From contig JALDZX010000007.1 of NCBI GenBank assembly GCA_022813865.1, forward strand, positions 310,001-374,000: a stretch of DNA of 64,000 nucleotides, read 5' to 3'. Numbering within the stretch: the first letter of the stretch is position 1; each line of letters opens with the position of its first letter. Origin of the DNA: Xylographa opegraphella (lineage: Eukaryota). Positions 48,982 through 62,400 of this stretch are shown in pieces. The notes under the pieces are model-generated. The model did no database searches. It worked only from the letters and a program-made list of their open reading frames with translations, and was not told the origin of the DNA. The position numbers and the translations under genes were made by a program.

Positions 48982-49732
48982 GGTGATGCACGAGAAATAC
49001 TAAGGCAAAGGGTGGAAACGGCGATACCCGGTGGAATCTGAGACCGCACGAAGAAAGATGTTGTCAAAGCTGAAATATGGTGGAAGTGGCTCTGTCGGAT
49101 CCGATCACGACCTTTTCGCAGTACGGTGCCATATCTTCTCGGTATCGGGAGCGTGTCGCCAAGGTATTAGAGTCCATAAAGTTGGAAAAACCTGCTCCAA
49201 CACGGAGCAGAGCGTCGTCCTGGGAGGCAGTGGATCGAACTGGATCGTGGCTATAGCATCGCAAGCCTCTTATCCGTCTTCCTTCTGATCTATCTAGTCG
49301 GCTTTGACCACTTCTTTTTCCCCCCTCCCACAGCGTCTGTGGCATGCACGGCTAAGCAGCAGACCTCTCAGGATGGCGTGGCTGATATTCATCGCCAATG
49401 AGGTATAGTGCCCAAAGCACAAGGACAAGAAATTCATTCGATAAGGTATCTGCGGTTCGGTGGGGAGGAGCGGAAGTAGTGAAGATGGGCAATGGGAGGG
49501 CTCGATAGCTCCGGCTACATAGCTGGCACAGTTCTGGAGCGATATGAATGCGGAGTGGCGCAAGCCTCGAAACTAACAGTGCGAGTTCATGGAAAACATG
49601 AACGTCTAAAGAGCCGAAATTTGGAATATCGCAAGGGCGACATGCAGTTTTCGTAGATGTTATACATCCGAGATCCACCATAATCCGGCGGTACACACTC
49701 CACGAAGCCGGTTCCTCGTCGTCCGTCCTCCT

Positions 49733-52318
49733 TTACGAGAGCCTCCACCGCTCATCCTCCTCTGCGACATCATAGTCAACCTCTGCCGGTGCGTGCCCAT
49801 GATGCGCCCCTGCTCCGTTATCTCGCCCATCTTCGCTGTCCGCGGCTACTCCGCCCATTTCCATATCCGCGTCGCCCACACCATCCTCATCGTGCTTCGT
49901 GGCGGGTATCACGACGGGCGGCAATGGCGTATTCACCCAGCTGAACTCCACCTTCCCAACACCAGGGATGTCTTTGGGGCCATACATCAGTTTCTCGGCC
50001 GTGAAGCGGTCCTTGAATGTGATGACTTGCGAGTCTTTGGAGGCAGAGGTGTCGATGTTCTCGAACTCGCCGATGCTCTGCACGAGGTGGATTAGCATTG
50101 TCACGATGAGCTTTCGATTTCTGGATAGCGACAGAGTAATCGGGAACATACAATCAAGAAATGTCTCATTCCTTCGTCCTTATCCTCATCAAACACCAGG
50201 CCTTCCACCTTGATCTTCTTACTTCGATTGTCCAGATTGTAAGCCCCACCGCCTCTACCGCCTCTGGGTCCGCCGCGGCCCCTGTAGCCTCCTCTTAAAG
50301 GTTCGAAGCTAGCTCCTCGCCCAGCGAAGCCTTCCCATCCACGGTATGACCCACGTCCTCTTCCCCGTCCTCGCCCTCGAGAATATGAAGATTCATTTGG
50401 ATCAAGACCCATACTCCTTGCTTCCTCCTCAAGTTTCGCAACCTGCGCTCGTAAGGCTTCTGTGTGCGCACTTGCCTTTCGATTTGAGGTGCCGTTCGGT
50501 ACTTTGGAAGTATCTGAAGACGTCTCGAGGCCGATGTCGCCCAACGAAAGACCTTTCGCCTTGAGCTTGTCTTCCAACTTTTTCTTTTCCTCCGCTTTCT
50601 TCTTCTCCAATTCTTCCTTCTGCTGCTCTATTTCTTTCCGCTTGGCTTCCGTCTCCCGCTGCAATGTCTTCCGTTCTTCTAGCTTTTTCTGCGCTGCCAA
50701 AGAATCACGCTCGAATTTTTCTCTGTCAAATGCTGGTTCTTCAGGCTTCGAGGGCGTTGTGGGTGATGCGGCTTTTGCGGCTGCGACGTTCGCCGGAATT
50801 ATCGGAGCTGTATTAGGGTTGTACCAGTAAACTTTTACGAAACGGTTGTCAAAGATGACTTTAGGGCTCTCATAAGCTCGCTTCGCAGACTGGTAGTCTT
50901 CGTATTTGACCAAGGCTAGACGTTTATATGCTTGCATTGTGACTTTCTCTATATTCCCGAAGTCGGAGAAAAAATCTCGAACCGCATTCTCGTCGAAGCT
51001 CTCCTCGGGTATTTGCTCTACTACGACAGTAGTAATAGACCGGTCGTGGTTCGGACCAGCTTGCGAAAAGTCCGCTCGGTTACGGCGCTGACCGTTTTGG
51101 CCACCACCTCGATCTCCTCGACCTCTTCCTCGACCTCGGTCCTGCGTGCTTCCGCGGAGAGAATGGGAATTTGAAAGGCCATGGGTCGCTTTTCCTGGCG
51201 TTTGAATATCGATCATAACCGAGTTATTCGGATCGTATTCTATTTGCAGTAAGCCAATTGTTAAGCTTAAAGGGTAGGGAATTGACCTTCTTGCTGAGCA
51301 GGAACTACAATGTGATTCACATGCTCGTATGGACACGAGGTTCCTCGCGTGCAAAAGCCTTTAGTATCATAATCCCTGCACCTTGATTTGATTCTTCCTT
51401 GGCCGTTAGTCGGCGAGCCAGCAAAGGCTTGAGCCTCGTTCTGTGGGAATCCTGTTGGTGAAGTAGCCTGAGCCAGACTCGGCATTCCAGGTAATGGAGG
51501 AAAGCCCATGGCTTGCATTGCTAACATGGCGCCTATTGGATCGTTGGGATCAAACGGCATGCCCACTGGGGGCATTGGCATGCCAGGGAATCCCGTTGGT
51601 GAGGGAAACTGGGCGTCAGGCATATTTGTCGATTGTTGGAAATCTTTATCTGGTCGCCCATGAAATGGACCACCTCGGCCATTGCTCATGTCACCCCTTC
51701 GCATGGACTTCATTTGCCGATCACCACGCCCGTAATGGGAGTCATGCCCAGCTCTTTCTTCGTGCCTATCATTATAGGACCGTTTACGCGCCTGTTGTGT
51801 TCCTCCATCGTAGCCCTCTCCGCTCACGCGAGTTGAGCCATATACAGCTGGTCCAGTCGGCGCACTGAAAGGCTGCACAATTATCGTAGGGGCTACCGGA
51901 CCAATGTAGCCGGGGATATAGGATTTTGTACGAATGGCCGTGAAGGTTTCGTCAACAAAGGACGTTGTGTCTACACCCGATCGTCAGAACCTACTTTACA
52001 TAATAACAGCATTCTTGCAGGAGAAATGAGTCGACGAACGCTGTTTCAGGAAGTCTTCCAAATTCTCGATCGCATTAGCTCTCAGTTCCGGCTCGGGGGT
52101 GTCTGCGCGAATGAGGGCCAGAACATAGTCTGCGAGAACGTCCGAATCTGCGTCGGAGCTGGAAAGGTGAATAGAATTAGCTTGACATGCTTTCTATCAA
52201 TACTCGAAGGCGTGCACAAGAAACCTCTAAGGGTCATCAAGCGCGTAACGTACATGTCTTCGAGCTTCTTAATCACCCATGTCTTCAGGTCTTTGGCCTC
52301 ATCTTCCGTGATCAACAT
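49733..52318 (-). CDS. RBM26/27-like RNA-binding protein (PWI + CCCH zinc finger + RRM + RGG)
   Basis: PWI KKLED|ISDADSDVLADYVLAL; CRDYDTKGFCTRGTSCPYEH; RRM VVEQIPE..FGNI..VIFDNRFVKVYW; RGG repeats; LDNR motif. Confidence 0.88.
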
Positions 52319-52920
52319 GACTTGCGAAAGTCCCAGATGCTCAAAGCGTAGTCGCCCAAGGATGTTCGGAGAGCGGGGGATGGGAGGAGAGAGAAGTGAG
52401 ATGTGCTACATTTGAGGGTTTGTGAAGCATGCCTAGATAGCAGAGACCGAGTAAGAATAATCAGTCGCGCTTTGCGATGTCATTTTGGATGCAGTGCCGC
52501 TGGACGGTTTGCGCTAAAGCGCCCATTGAAGCAGGGGTTGAATAGCGTGCTCTAAGAACTACGCGTGTCGATACTACCAAGTAACTCATTGACATTCCCT
52601 ACTTACACTCAACGGGATTATAGTATTCACATGCTCTCTTTCTTCAATGCCAAATTCTCAATTCTGGTCTGTCTAAATTTCTTGACTTATATGATCGCAC
52701 AAAGTCCAGGCCAGAGCACATTGAAAAATCAAAAGAAAAACTCTACACCGCGTCTGAGCCGCCCCTTCCCTTTCATTTACCACGTTAATAGATCGATCAT
52801 AGCTCTAACCGGCGTTTCCCGTTGGCCGCTTCAAAGGCCAATGTTGGCAGAGAAGCTAGCTGATGGCGTAAGAATTGTGTGCGGTCTAATGTAAGGTTCA
52901 TCATCCACAATAAGGATTTT

Positions 52921-55829
52921 CTACAACTTGTCGTAATACTGTAGTACAGATTAGTAAAGCTGTGCGAAATATGGAGAGTCGATCTTGACTTACATTCGAA
53001 ACGTCAGGCACAATCTCCTTGACACCCTTTCGTTTCCGCATGGCCTGCACGATCTGACCGGGTTTTGTCGTAGGATCGAGTGGTGAACCACCAGGTAGGA
53101 TCTGCCAATGGTCAAACACTGATTGGGGGAAAGCTTGGCCACCGGTGTGCGATCGCAAATCGGCTGTGAATCCGAACGATTCGTTGACAGGAAGGTAAGC
53201 CTTGACATTGAACAATGGTGTTCCTGGACGCTGCTCTTCGGCAAAGACGTGACCTCTTCGTCGGGTGAGGACACCATAGATGCCGCCCATGGCCTGTTCA
53301 GGAACTTGGATCTCGACTAGGTAGATGGGCTCTAGGATGCCGGGGTCGGCAAGCAACGCAGCGGCATATAAGACACGACGAGCCGTTGGGATGATTTGAC
53401 CTCCACCGCGATGGATGGCATCAGCGTGTAGGGTGACATCCATGATATTGAAGCGAACAGAGCGCATAGGCTCTTCAGCAACAGGCCCTTCTCTTGTAGC
53501 CCATTGGAATCCAGAAACCACAGAGTCTTTGATTTCGTTCAGGTACTGCACCGCCTTGGTTTGATCGACGAGTAGGTTGGCTCCAGTAGTATCGGGCCCA
53601 AAACACCAAATCTTTCGTGCATCGGTGACATCCCAGCCGTGGTCATCAGCCAAAATACGTGCACGCGCCTTGAAATCGTCACGAGGCCCAATTTTTCCGG
53701 ATTCGATGTCCCTGGAAACCTCTTCGTCAAGTGGCTCAGCTATCATGTAAAGACGGTTGTGTTTGTTGGGAGACTTTGATAGAGCGGTAATACTCGACTT
53801 TCCTCCAACTGATTCACGGTATTGTACGACAGGGTCAGAGATACGAAGGGGGACACCAGCGTGATCTTCCTCCAGATCTTTGAGACAGATTTCGAGATGC
53901 AGCTCTCCGGCACCAGCAACAACATGCTCGCCGGACTCGTTGATGAAAGTCAGTACACAAGGATCTGACTTCGAGAGACGCTTCAGTCCCTCCACCAGTT
54001 TAGGTAGATCGTTGGCATTCTTGACTTCAACAGATCGTTGCACGACCGGTGATACCGAGAACTTCATGACTTTCAAGTTGTGAGCGGTTTCGGAGGTCGT
54101 TAGGGTACCAGATTTGAGTAAGAACTGGTCGACACCAACGAGTCCCAAGATGTTTCCAGCAGGAACATCCTCAATTGGTTCGATGAAGCGTCCCATCATC
54201 AGAATTGTACGCTGAATCGCCTTGATGAAGAGATCTTCTTTTTTGCCAGGGGTGTAGTTCGGGCCCTGAATTCGAACTTTGAGACCCGATTTGGCAGTTC
54301 CTGCAAAGACACGACCAAATGCATAGAAACGTCCCTTGTCAGAAGTTGGTACCATTTTAGAAACGTATAACATGAGCGGTGCCTTGGGATCACAGTCCCT
54401 GATACCGATGCACGCTTCGTCGTCTGGTGGCCCCTCGTAGAGTGTCTCGGCACGATATCGTTGAGCTGTAACGGGAGACGGAAGATGAAGCACCATCATC
54501 TCTAGCAGGGCATCAGCGGCCGGAAGGAACTTGCGCATAACAACTTTGAGCAGCGGCTTGCCCTCAAGGTCTTTTTCGTCTCCTGTAAGCTTGACTTCCA
54601 ATTTCGCGAGGAGGGCTATGACTTCTTCCTTCTTATAGTTCATGGTTGCTTTGAAGAGTTTGAATATTGGCTCCAAACAGAAAGCGTTGAAAGCACGTTC
54701 AAGTGGTTTGCCTTCGTGCTCACCAACCTTGGTCCATTTCTTGGTATGCGGGTTGAAATAATTGTCGCCCTAACAAACATTTAGTCATCCATCTCTCAAC
54801 GCCAAGCTGCTGTGATATGCTTACCCATAGACGCTCCATCATCTTCGTCTTATCAACACCAAATTTCTTGGCGTACTTGGAACCGAATTGCCGAACAGTG
54901 AAAGCCCATCCATGAAGACCAGAGCCGAAGGCAACTGTGCCCTTGTTTGGGTATACTTGAACATCACCGAGGGCCTTGTCGAAGTAGGTGGCAATGATAA
55001 CATTGACAGACTCAATCGTTCTCGAAAAGGACTGGTAGAGATCTTCTTTCTCTACCTGCAATTCAAGAAGAGCACGATCAACCTTGTTGACGATGACAAC
55101 AGGCTTTATACGTTCACTTAAAGCTTGGCGTAACACGGTTTCGGTTTGCACACAAACACCTTCTACACAGTCGACCACGACAAGGGCACCGTCAGTCACA
55201 CGTAGAGCAGCTGTGACCTCGGAAGAGAAATCGACGTGACCCGGTGAATCGATCAAATTGATCAAGAAGTCATTACCATCGACCTTTTGGGGGATGTCCT
55301 TGATGTCCTCTGGGTCGGCCATATGAGCGTAAAGCGAGATAGCCGTCGATTTGATGGTGATGCATCGATCTTGTTCGTCCTGTCGAGTATCGGTAAACCG
55401 GGCTTCACCTGCTTTTGCAGCCGAGATGATACCAGCGCGTTGAACGAGCGAATCAGTAAGGGTAGACTTTCCATGGTCGACTACAAGGTCGATGTGTCAG
55501 TATCAACCGTAAGCAGCGGGTATAATGGTTACTGACCATGAGCAATAACGGACATATTCCGGATATTGGCAGGCCTGTCCATGAGATCCCGGATCTTTCA
55601 TCATGTCAGTCAATTCTATGTATACTTGGCCAATGGGCATATCGGACTGTACCTCTTCGACGGTGAAGCTGTTTGCGCACAAATATTAGCCTTCCAGTCT
55701 TTCATAAAAGGTATCTATCGAAACTGCCCCTTCGTTCCTCGAGAACCAAGGACAGATGTAATCCAGGCTTGGCGACCTCGAAGCCACAAAGAGAAGTCTT
55801 GGAATAGAGACAACGACTTACTTGACCAT
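52921..55829 (-). CDS. EFT2: translation elongation factor 2
   Basis: [45 protein letters not shown]; diphthamide loop [17 protein letters not shown]; last exon YYDKL* (TAG 52921-52923). Confidence 0.98.
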
Positions 55830-56111
55830 CTTTGCGGTATTGCTACTGTACTGTTGCGAAAATTCTTTTTATTTCGAGGTTGGAAGAAACCCCACTTTCT
55901 ACAGGACCGAGGGCTCGCTCGACCTGTTGGCTGCTCTTACGAGTGTCGAGGATTCGACGAGAGGTAGCGAAGAGTATGAGACTTGAAAGATCTCCTCTGT
56001 CGTCAAGGAATTGGTGACTTGTAGGAGGAGGGGTGAGGATTTCAATGTGGGGACTCTGATTTGAAATGCACTAGCCTCGCCTTCCGACTTTTTGCCCCGC
56101 CGCTTATTTTG

Positions 56112-56119
56112 CAGTCACA
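56112..56119 (-). promoter_or_regulatory. Homol-D-like box (TGTGACTG/CAGTCACA) upstream of EF-2
   Basis: Exact CAGTCACA ~280 bp upstream of the EF-2 ATG; motif known from fungal ribosomal-protein promoters; an 8-mer can occur by chance. Confidence 0.4.
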
Positions 56120-56487
56120 AAAAATCTTGGCACCGACGCCAAGACTGGATATATCCTACTCCGTACTTTTTTCGATATACCCCAATTCCAAGAACATGCA
56201 CTATGCCGTAAGTCATTTGTTTCAATGTCTCGAAATACAGTCCGCTATCAATTTATGACAACCATGTTCTAAAGCTCTCATCGACATATCAAGAATACCC
56301 ACCATCCCTGACGCTTATGAACCACCTCACAGTCGTGACTCATCGCTACACAATGGAGAAATCTATTTCGCTACGCCGTCGAGCACGTAGAAAGCACTAA
56401 ATGAAAAGCTCAAATTCCACATACACTATCCGAGTTAAATACAGCGACAAAGGGGTGAAAAGGTTCGTGGTTGTTAACCCAATACCA

Positions 56488-59400
56488 TCATGCCGACTTC
56501 TGTGATGAACCCAGAATCTTCGAGTATGCATCTTCGACTTCTCTAGCCACCTCAAGTAGAGATACAATCACGATTTGATGTGTTAGATTGGGTAGCCGTT
56601 CTCGTTGCAGACCTATCCATTCCAGTGGAGGCGTCGCCTCTCCCATGTCTCGCAGCTGTGGCGTCTCGATGATTGGGGGTTCTAGAGCTGTGTAGTCATA
56701 CTTAGATGGTGGGACATGTACGATGGCTGTGATCTTTTCTTCGTCACCAGGAGCCGCACGCTCATTGTCTCCTTCACTGGACGGTCTTGGCCCGCCTGTG
56801 ATCTGCAAGGCAGACGGAGGCAGTGGTTTTCCCAACCGCTGAGCTAATGCACGAGAGTGACTTGACCACATGCCCCGAATGAAGCTGATGCGTGAATAGT
56901 TCCAGCCCACCTCAACTTTACCCTCGAAAGAACTCCTAAAGATGTAGTCAATGTGATTGGAGTCCGGTATTTGCCAGGTCTGCATGCTGGCGACCACCTT
57001 TGGCACCTTCAGCACCGTACCACCACGGGATCCTGTAGCACTTCTGACGACTTCATCAACCGTGACATCTCCAAGGGTCTTCGGGACGCTGGGATTTGCA
57101 ACTACAGAGAGGGCAATGCGTAATTGTCCAAGGGTAAGGCCGAGACCGCTACGGACTTTACCATGTTCGAGCGAGACGGTAAATCGAGCCAAAGCATTAA
57201 GGGCCTCCAACTTGAAGATCTGATGGTCGAAGAATGTACTAGGATATGCGCCAATGTTGATAGCCTTTAGTGTAACTACAACACTTGTGTGAAGCTGGTT
57301 TGCTGTATATCGGATAGCTTCATCCTCTCTCTTCTGGCGATCGATGACTGCTCGCACTGTGAAAGGAACGGCAGTTGAATTTCTGCGGATGTATTTCTCG
57401 ATATCTTTCAGCGACGATTCATAAGCGGCTTGTTTCTCCTGGATTAGGCGCTGCATAGCCTGGTACAGCGCTAGTGCTTGTGCAGAGCTTTTGGAGGTAA
57501 TGAAAGCTTGTATCTTATCTCCGTTGACGATGGCAACGAGCCTATCGCCGCCATCTCCGCTGACATCCCGGACATTATACATCAGAAAGTCTAAGGTCAA
57601 CAAATCTGCAACAAGAAATGGTTGGTAGTCAAATAGAGCTTTGATACGCAGATCATCGAAATTTAATGATGCTTGGATTAGTGGTGTCTGATTTGTTGAT
57701 CTTTCTTCAGCAGCTGACCACTTGATCGAAGTTCTCAGGCACAGCTTTTGTAATTCAATGAACCCGCTCATCCGGCCAGTGCTATCCACGCCAACTTTGT
57801 CGAAACCGAGGCACAAATTCTGCTCCCAGTCTGAAGTCTTCTTCGAAGAGACCCAGAAACTAGAGATCGAAAACGTAGATTTACCCACTGCCTGGCCAAG
57901 ATCCAATTGGACTTCTAACTTGGTGATCGAAAGTGCGGCATCCCATAAGAAGGAACCTGTAGCAGCGACTTGCTGATATCGCTGAACCACAAACATCTGA
58001 GAGTCATTCGTACTCAGTGTCGCAGATGGTGGATTGGACTGTCGCATCTCCAGAGGTACCCATATTTCTCTGAAGAGTAAGAAGTCCTGTAACTGTTTTG
58101 CATTGATGATCACGTTCATAGGACTAAATTTTAGAATAGCGGAAAGCCCTTTCACATTGCTCACGTGCTTGCTGTTCATCAAAGAAAGGCTTATAGAGTC
58201 CACGTCAAAGCTTCCTGTTGATTCGCGGGAGTACACATGTTGTACGGAAGCTTGAAGACGCGAGATAACTGCACCAACAGCAAAAAACCTTTGATCAGCT
58301 GCCTGCACTGTGTTTACGGTTATGTAAATGTCCTCAAATTGTGCAGTTGCGGCTACTTTTGCAATCGGTTGGCAGCTGAGGGTGAATTCCTGGCGACATA
58401 TCCTGAGACCCAAATTGAGGCTACAATTGCCTAAGATGGCTGTCGGATCGGTCGCTCTCAATTTATCATCTCCCAAAAACTTGGAAGACGAGGTTCTCGA
58501 ATCTTTGGGAGCTTGCACTTCTTCTGTCTCTCCTACGATCTCTTTAATGCTTGAAGAGATCTCCAGAATCAATGGCACAACGGTTGGATATAAAACATTA
58601 GTGGACGCGTCGACCTTAATCTCTGCATTAAGCGACGGGTCGTCGATGCCCGCGTCTTTGTATTCGATTTTCCAAGCAAGCCCTGGAGCACGTAAAGTGG
58701 TACTGCTGCTTGCATCTTCGGATGTGAATTGACCATAACGCCCATGCTGTGGTAATCTCCCACCAGATAGATAATTAGGGACGTTAGATTTAGAGTCCGA
58801 CACCTTTCGGCCCTGTATATAGACGACAGCGCCAGCGAAGTCGGCATCCACCAAAAGAGAGGAAATTCTTTTCTTTCCTAGGATGTTCCGTGATTGCCCT
58901 CCACTATGCGGTAGTGACGCGTTCCAGCCTGCCACCACTTTACGCAGTTCTTCGCTTGCAAGTGCTATGGAACGTTGCAAATGGCTGGCCGGAAGGATAA
59001 ATTGTGAGGTCAATCGTAAGTCCAGGGATTTACCAGCAGCCCGGAACGCTAGCCTGCGGTCCTTAGGCCCAGACAAATAGGCAACGTTGAATGCCACTTC
59101 AGGCAACAAAGCTGAGTTGTACGAGCGGACAAGTTTTGACTGCGATGCTGGAACCATTTGAAGCTGAAAATCCTCAATGATAAGACGTGCTGCATTACCT
59201 TTTTCAGTGGCAAGATCAATCTTCTTTATAGATAGCACCAGATCTTCAGCCTCATGACTGGGTGAGATCGGAGTCAGATCACCTACCCGCCAACTGACCT
59301 CGATATTGCCCATCTCGAGTGAGTACATTGAAGTGAAAAGACTGGCTGGCAAAGGCTCCACAGGAACTAAACTCTCAGCCGTAGATGAGACCAACAACAA

Positions 59401-62400
59401 TGCCTGAGACTGTCTTCGGAATCGGCGTCTAGCGCGTATACCGCGGACCTCCTGCGAAAAGTCCACAGTCTTAAACTTGTTTTGCAGATGGCCGAATATG
59501 TCCACCAGTATAGACGCTGTTTCTGTGTACAGGTTGATCTCTAGACGATCGCTACTGATCTGGTACGACCGAACCCTCTCCATGGCATCATTTCGCCTGG
59601 AAGTCCCATGGAACGCAGCAACGAGCGTAATCTCACCACAAGGATAAGTTTCTTGTGAATCGATACGCTCCAGATATAATCTTACTTCCAAAATATTGAC
59701 TCTTATTTCTGGGAACAAAAGTATCTGCTTCGTGTGAGTATTCTTGTTGGATATATGGAGGCATACTGAGTTAAGCTCGAAACCAAGACGAGCAGATTGA
59801 TCCATTTCCCTTCCGCTGACTGTGTTGACGATCAATCCAGCCGCGGTACCGCGAACGTTATACAAGACGTTGGATGCTTTGGCGACTGGTGATGATTGTA
59901 CTCTCTTAGTGGTTTGTGAGATATTATCGAAGTGAGTTTGTACTAGCTGAATGTCTTGACCAAGGTTGCGTCCAAAGGCGGAGATCTCAGAACGCGAAAT
60001 AGTGGATAATAGTGCATAGACTGCAGAGGCATCTAAAATGATTTTCTCTGCAGACCAAAACACGTTCAGAGAAGGATAGTCAATGGAATTGCTAAGATGG
60101 ACTCGGCCATTAATGGGTGGAGCCCTCAAATTAGCTATCTCACGAACGGTTTCTCTCGAATTGGATAAGAACGTGTGGGAGTGGCTCTTAACGTCGAAAT
60201 CAATAACAATACCATCGCTTGATCTTTCGCCAGTCTTCACTGAAGTTCTTATGACCTTGCCACCTAAAGAATACCTCAAGGAAGATAAAATGGTGGCGGT
60301 CAGCGTATAAGTATCCAGAAGTAAAACGATACTAAGGCGATGAATCTTCTGCTTCGCAGCTAAAGCAAGAGGCGGTCCTCCTAAAGCCGGACCACTCAGA
60401 TCTTCTAGTAACTGATATAGATAGGCCACCTCGTCGCCTAGAGTACTGTCGATAGCACCAAGTAATCCTAGAAGATCTTCTTCGACATTCACATGTAGGT
60501 CTTTAGATAGAGCTGCTAGCTGCCACGTATTGATCTCAAGATCTGTCTCTTGTCGTTTTTGTGCACGTTGTAATGAGGCATGAATGGTTGGGCTTTCCAT
60601 TCTTGATGTTATCAGTACTTTCGCTTTACTTGAGAGATCTGAAGAGATCATATCAGCGTTGAGCGTGCTGACAATGGTGAAGTCGCCAGATATGCTGCCA
60701 AGTAGCATGAACGACGCCTTAATGCTATGACCAATAATGTCTCCCTTCAAATTGATACTCTTGAAAGCGAACCGACTTTGCTCGACAATGAAACTGAAAT
60801 TTATGTCGTAGTTGCACTTATCGAAGAATTCTTCGGACACCGTGCTGTCTGGTTTGATAGCCAACGATGGTGGATTTCCGCGTTGTCGAAGCATACCTTC
60901 TACGAGCTCGAGAATATCCCAATTAAGATGCAGTTGCGTGTTCGAGCAGAATATATCCACGCTTAGAGTTCTGACGGCTGACTGCGAAGTAGATGTGTGA
61001 CAAAACTGAATCTCCGCAGCAAGTTCCTCGACAATTATCTCGTTCTGTTCAGGTCCAGGCCCCAACACCAGTCGAATGGTTCCAATCTTGAGCAGAGCCC
61101 GCAGAGAGCTTGTGATAAGTGTTTGTGGATGTACGTCACCGCGCGTAGCAGAACCAAAAACAGTAGTAATCAACGAACTAGCTCTGACATGGTCAAGATC
61201 CCAAGACCTCCAATGGTTGAAGTATGTAATAACCTCCTCCATTGCATTTTTCGGTAATGTTACAGAGTGGTTCAGCAGCATACCAGATAATTGCTGCATT
61301 GATTTTGGAGGTAAACATTGCAGTATATAGCGAAGACGTGATATCATCTTCCAAGTGTCGCTGCTTCGGGGGTGATCGATAGCACTTCGAAGTACGTACG
61401 ACGCACTGGTCAACAACGTTGGATCTGTCAAATTTTCGCCTAATGTGGTGAGACGGTGTACGAGAAAGCTCTGATGAATGGTACTAGTCCGTAGTGTTTC
61501 CTGAAATTGACTTGGTATTGTTTCAACCAAGGTTGTTGTGCGATCAAAAAGCATAGCCAAAATTGCAACGTCTCGGTTGAGGTTCACAATGTCGAATTGC
61601 TTCAATTGCGTTTCTCCTGTGATTTGTTGATCTTTGACTAGCCACGATGTAGCATCGTAAAGATTTACGTCTATTCGAGCAGTATCGGCAGAACCACCCT
61701 CGGCCTTTCCTTGAACAACCACACCAAGCCATTTTAGGGACAAATGAGAGGCTATCTTTGTGGAAATACATGGATCCACTAGATTGGTGGTCAATCTACC
61801 AATCAGCTTGAATTCTAATGCTGCCAGATCGTAGGTCTGATGTTCTTCCTTTTCGTTCCTAGCAGATGAAGCACTGCTCGTGAATCGAAGACTAATGGAG
61901 GGAACCTCAAGTCGAATCTGCAGGATTTCCATGACAGAAGATGTTTGCTTCTTCTTCTTCTTCTGCACGTCTGCCATAGCACAAAGCTGTATTTCGTCGA
62001 GAATGGTCACAGGATCTTTCGGTTGCAATGCTTCCAATGCATTGCTGACAGCCTGCAGGGCTTGTGGAGTACACAGAACTTGAATGCCTCTATTCAATCG
62101 TATCATGAATGTCGTATGAGCAGAACCTGTTTCTGGTGCTTGCCACTCCCCATCTTCGGGATACAGTATGACTGAGTCCTTCGGATTGGCTTCAGGAAGT
62201 TCTGGCACATCGCGCATGTCTGGTTCAATGAACTGCAATGGAAAATAAGGAGCCTCGTATGAACTTGCGAAAATTACATTGGAAGGTGGAGGGCCATCGA
62301 AAAGTCTTATATTGCCACCTTGATCATAACGAGACGGCTTCCGAGACGCTTGACTGATGGACTTAGATGGAGCTCGACGTGGAGAAGAAAAACTTGCACT

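Noticed and set aside
55670..55821. EF-2 first intron as possible snoRNA host
   Set aside because: No convincing C/D or H/ACA box arrangement seen.
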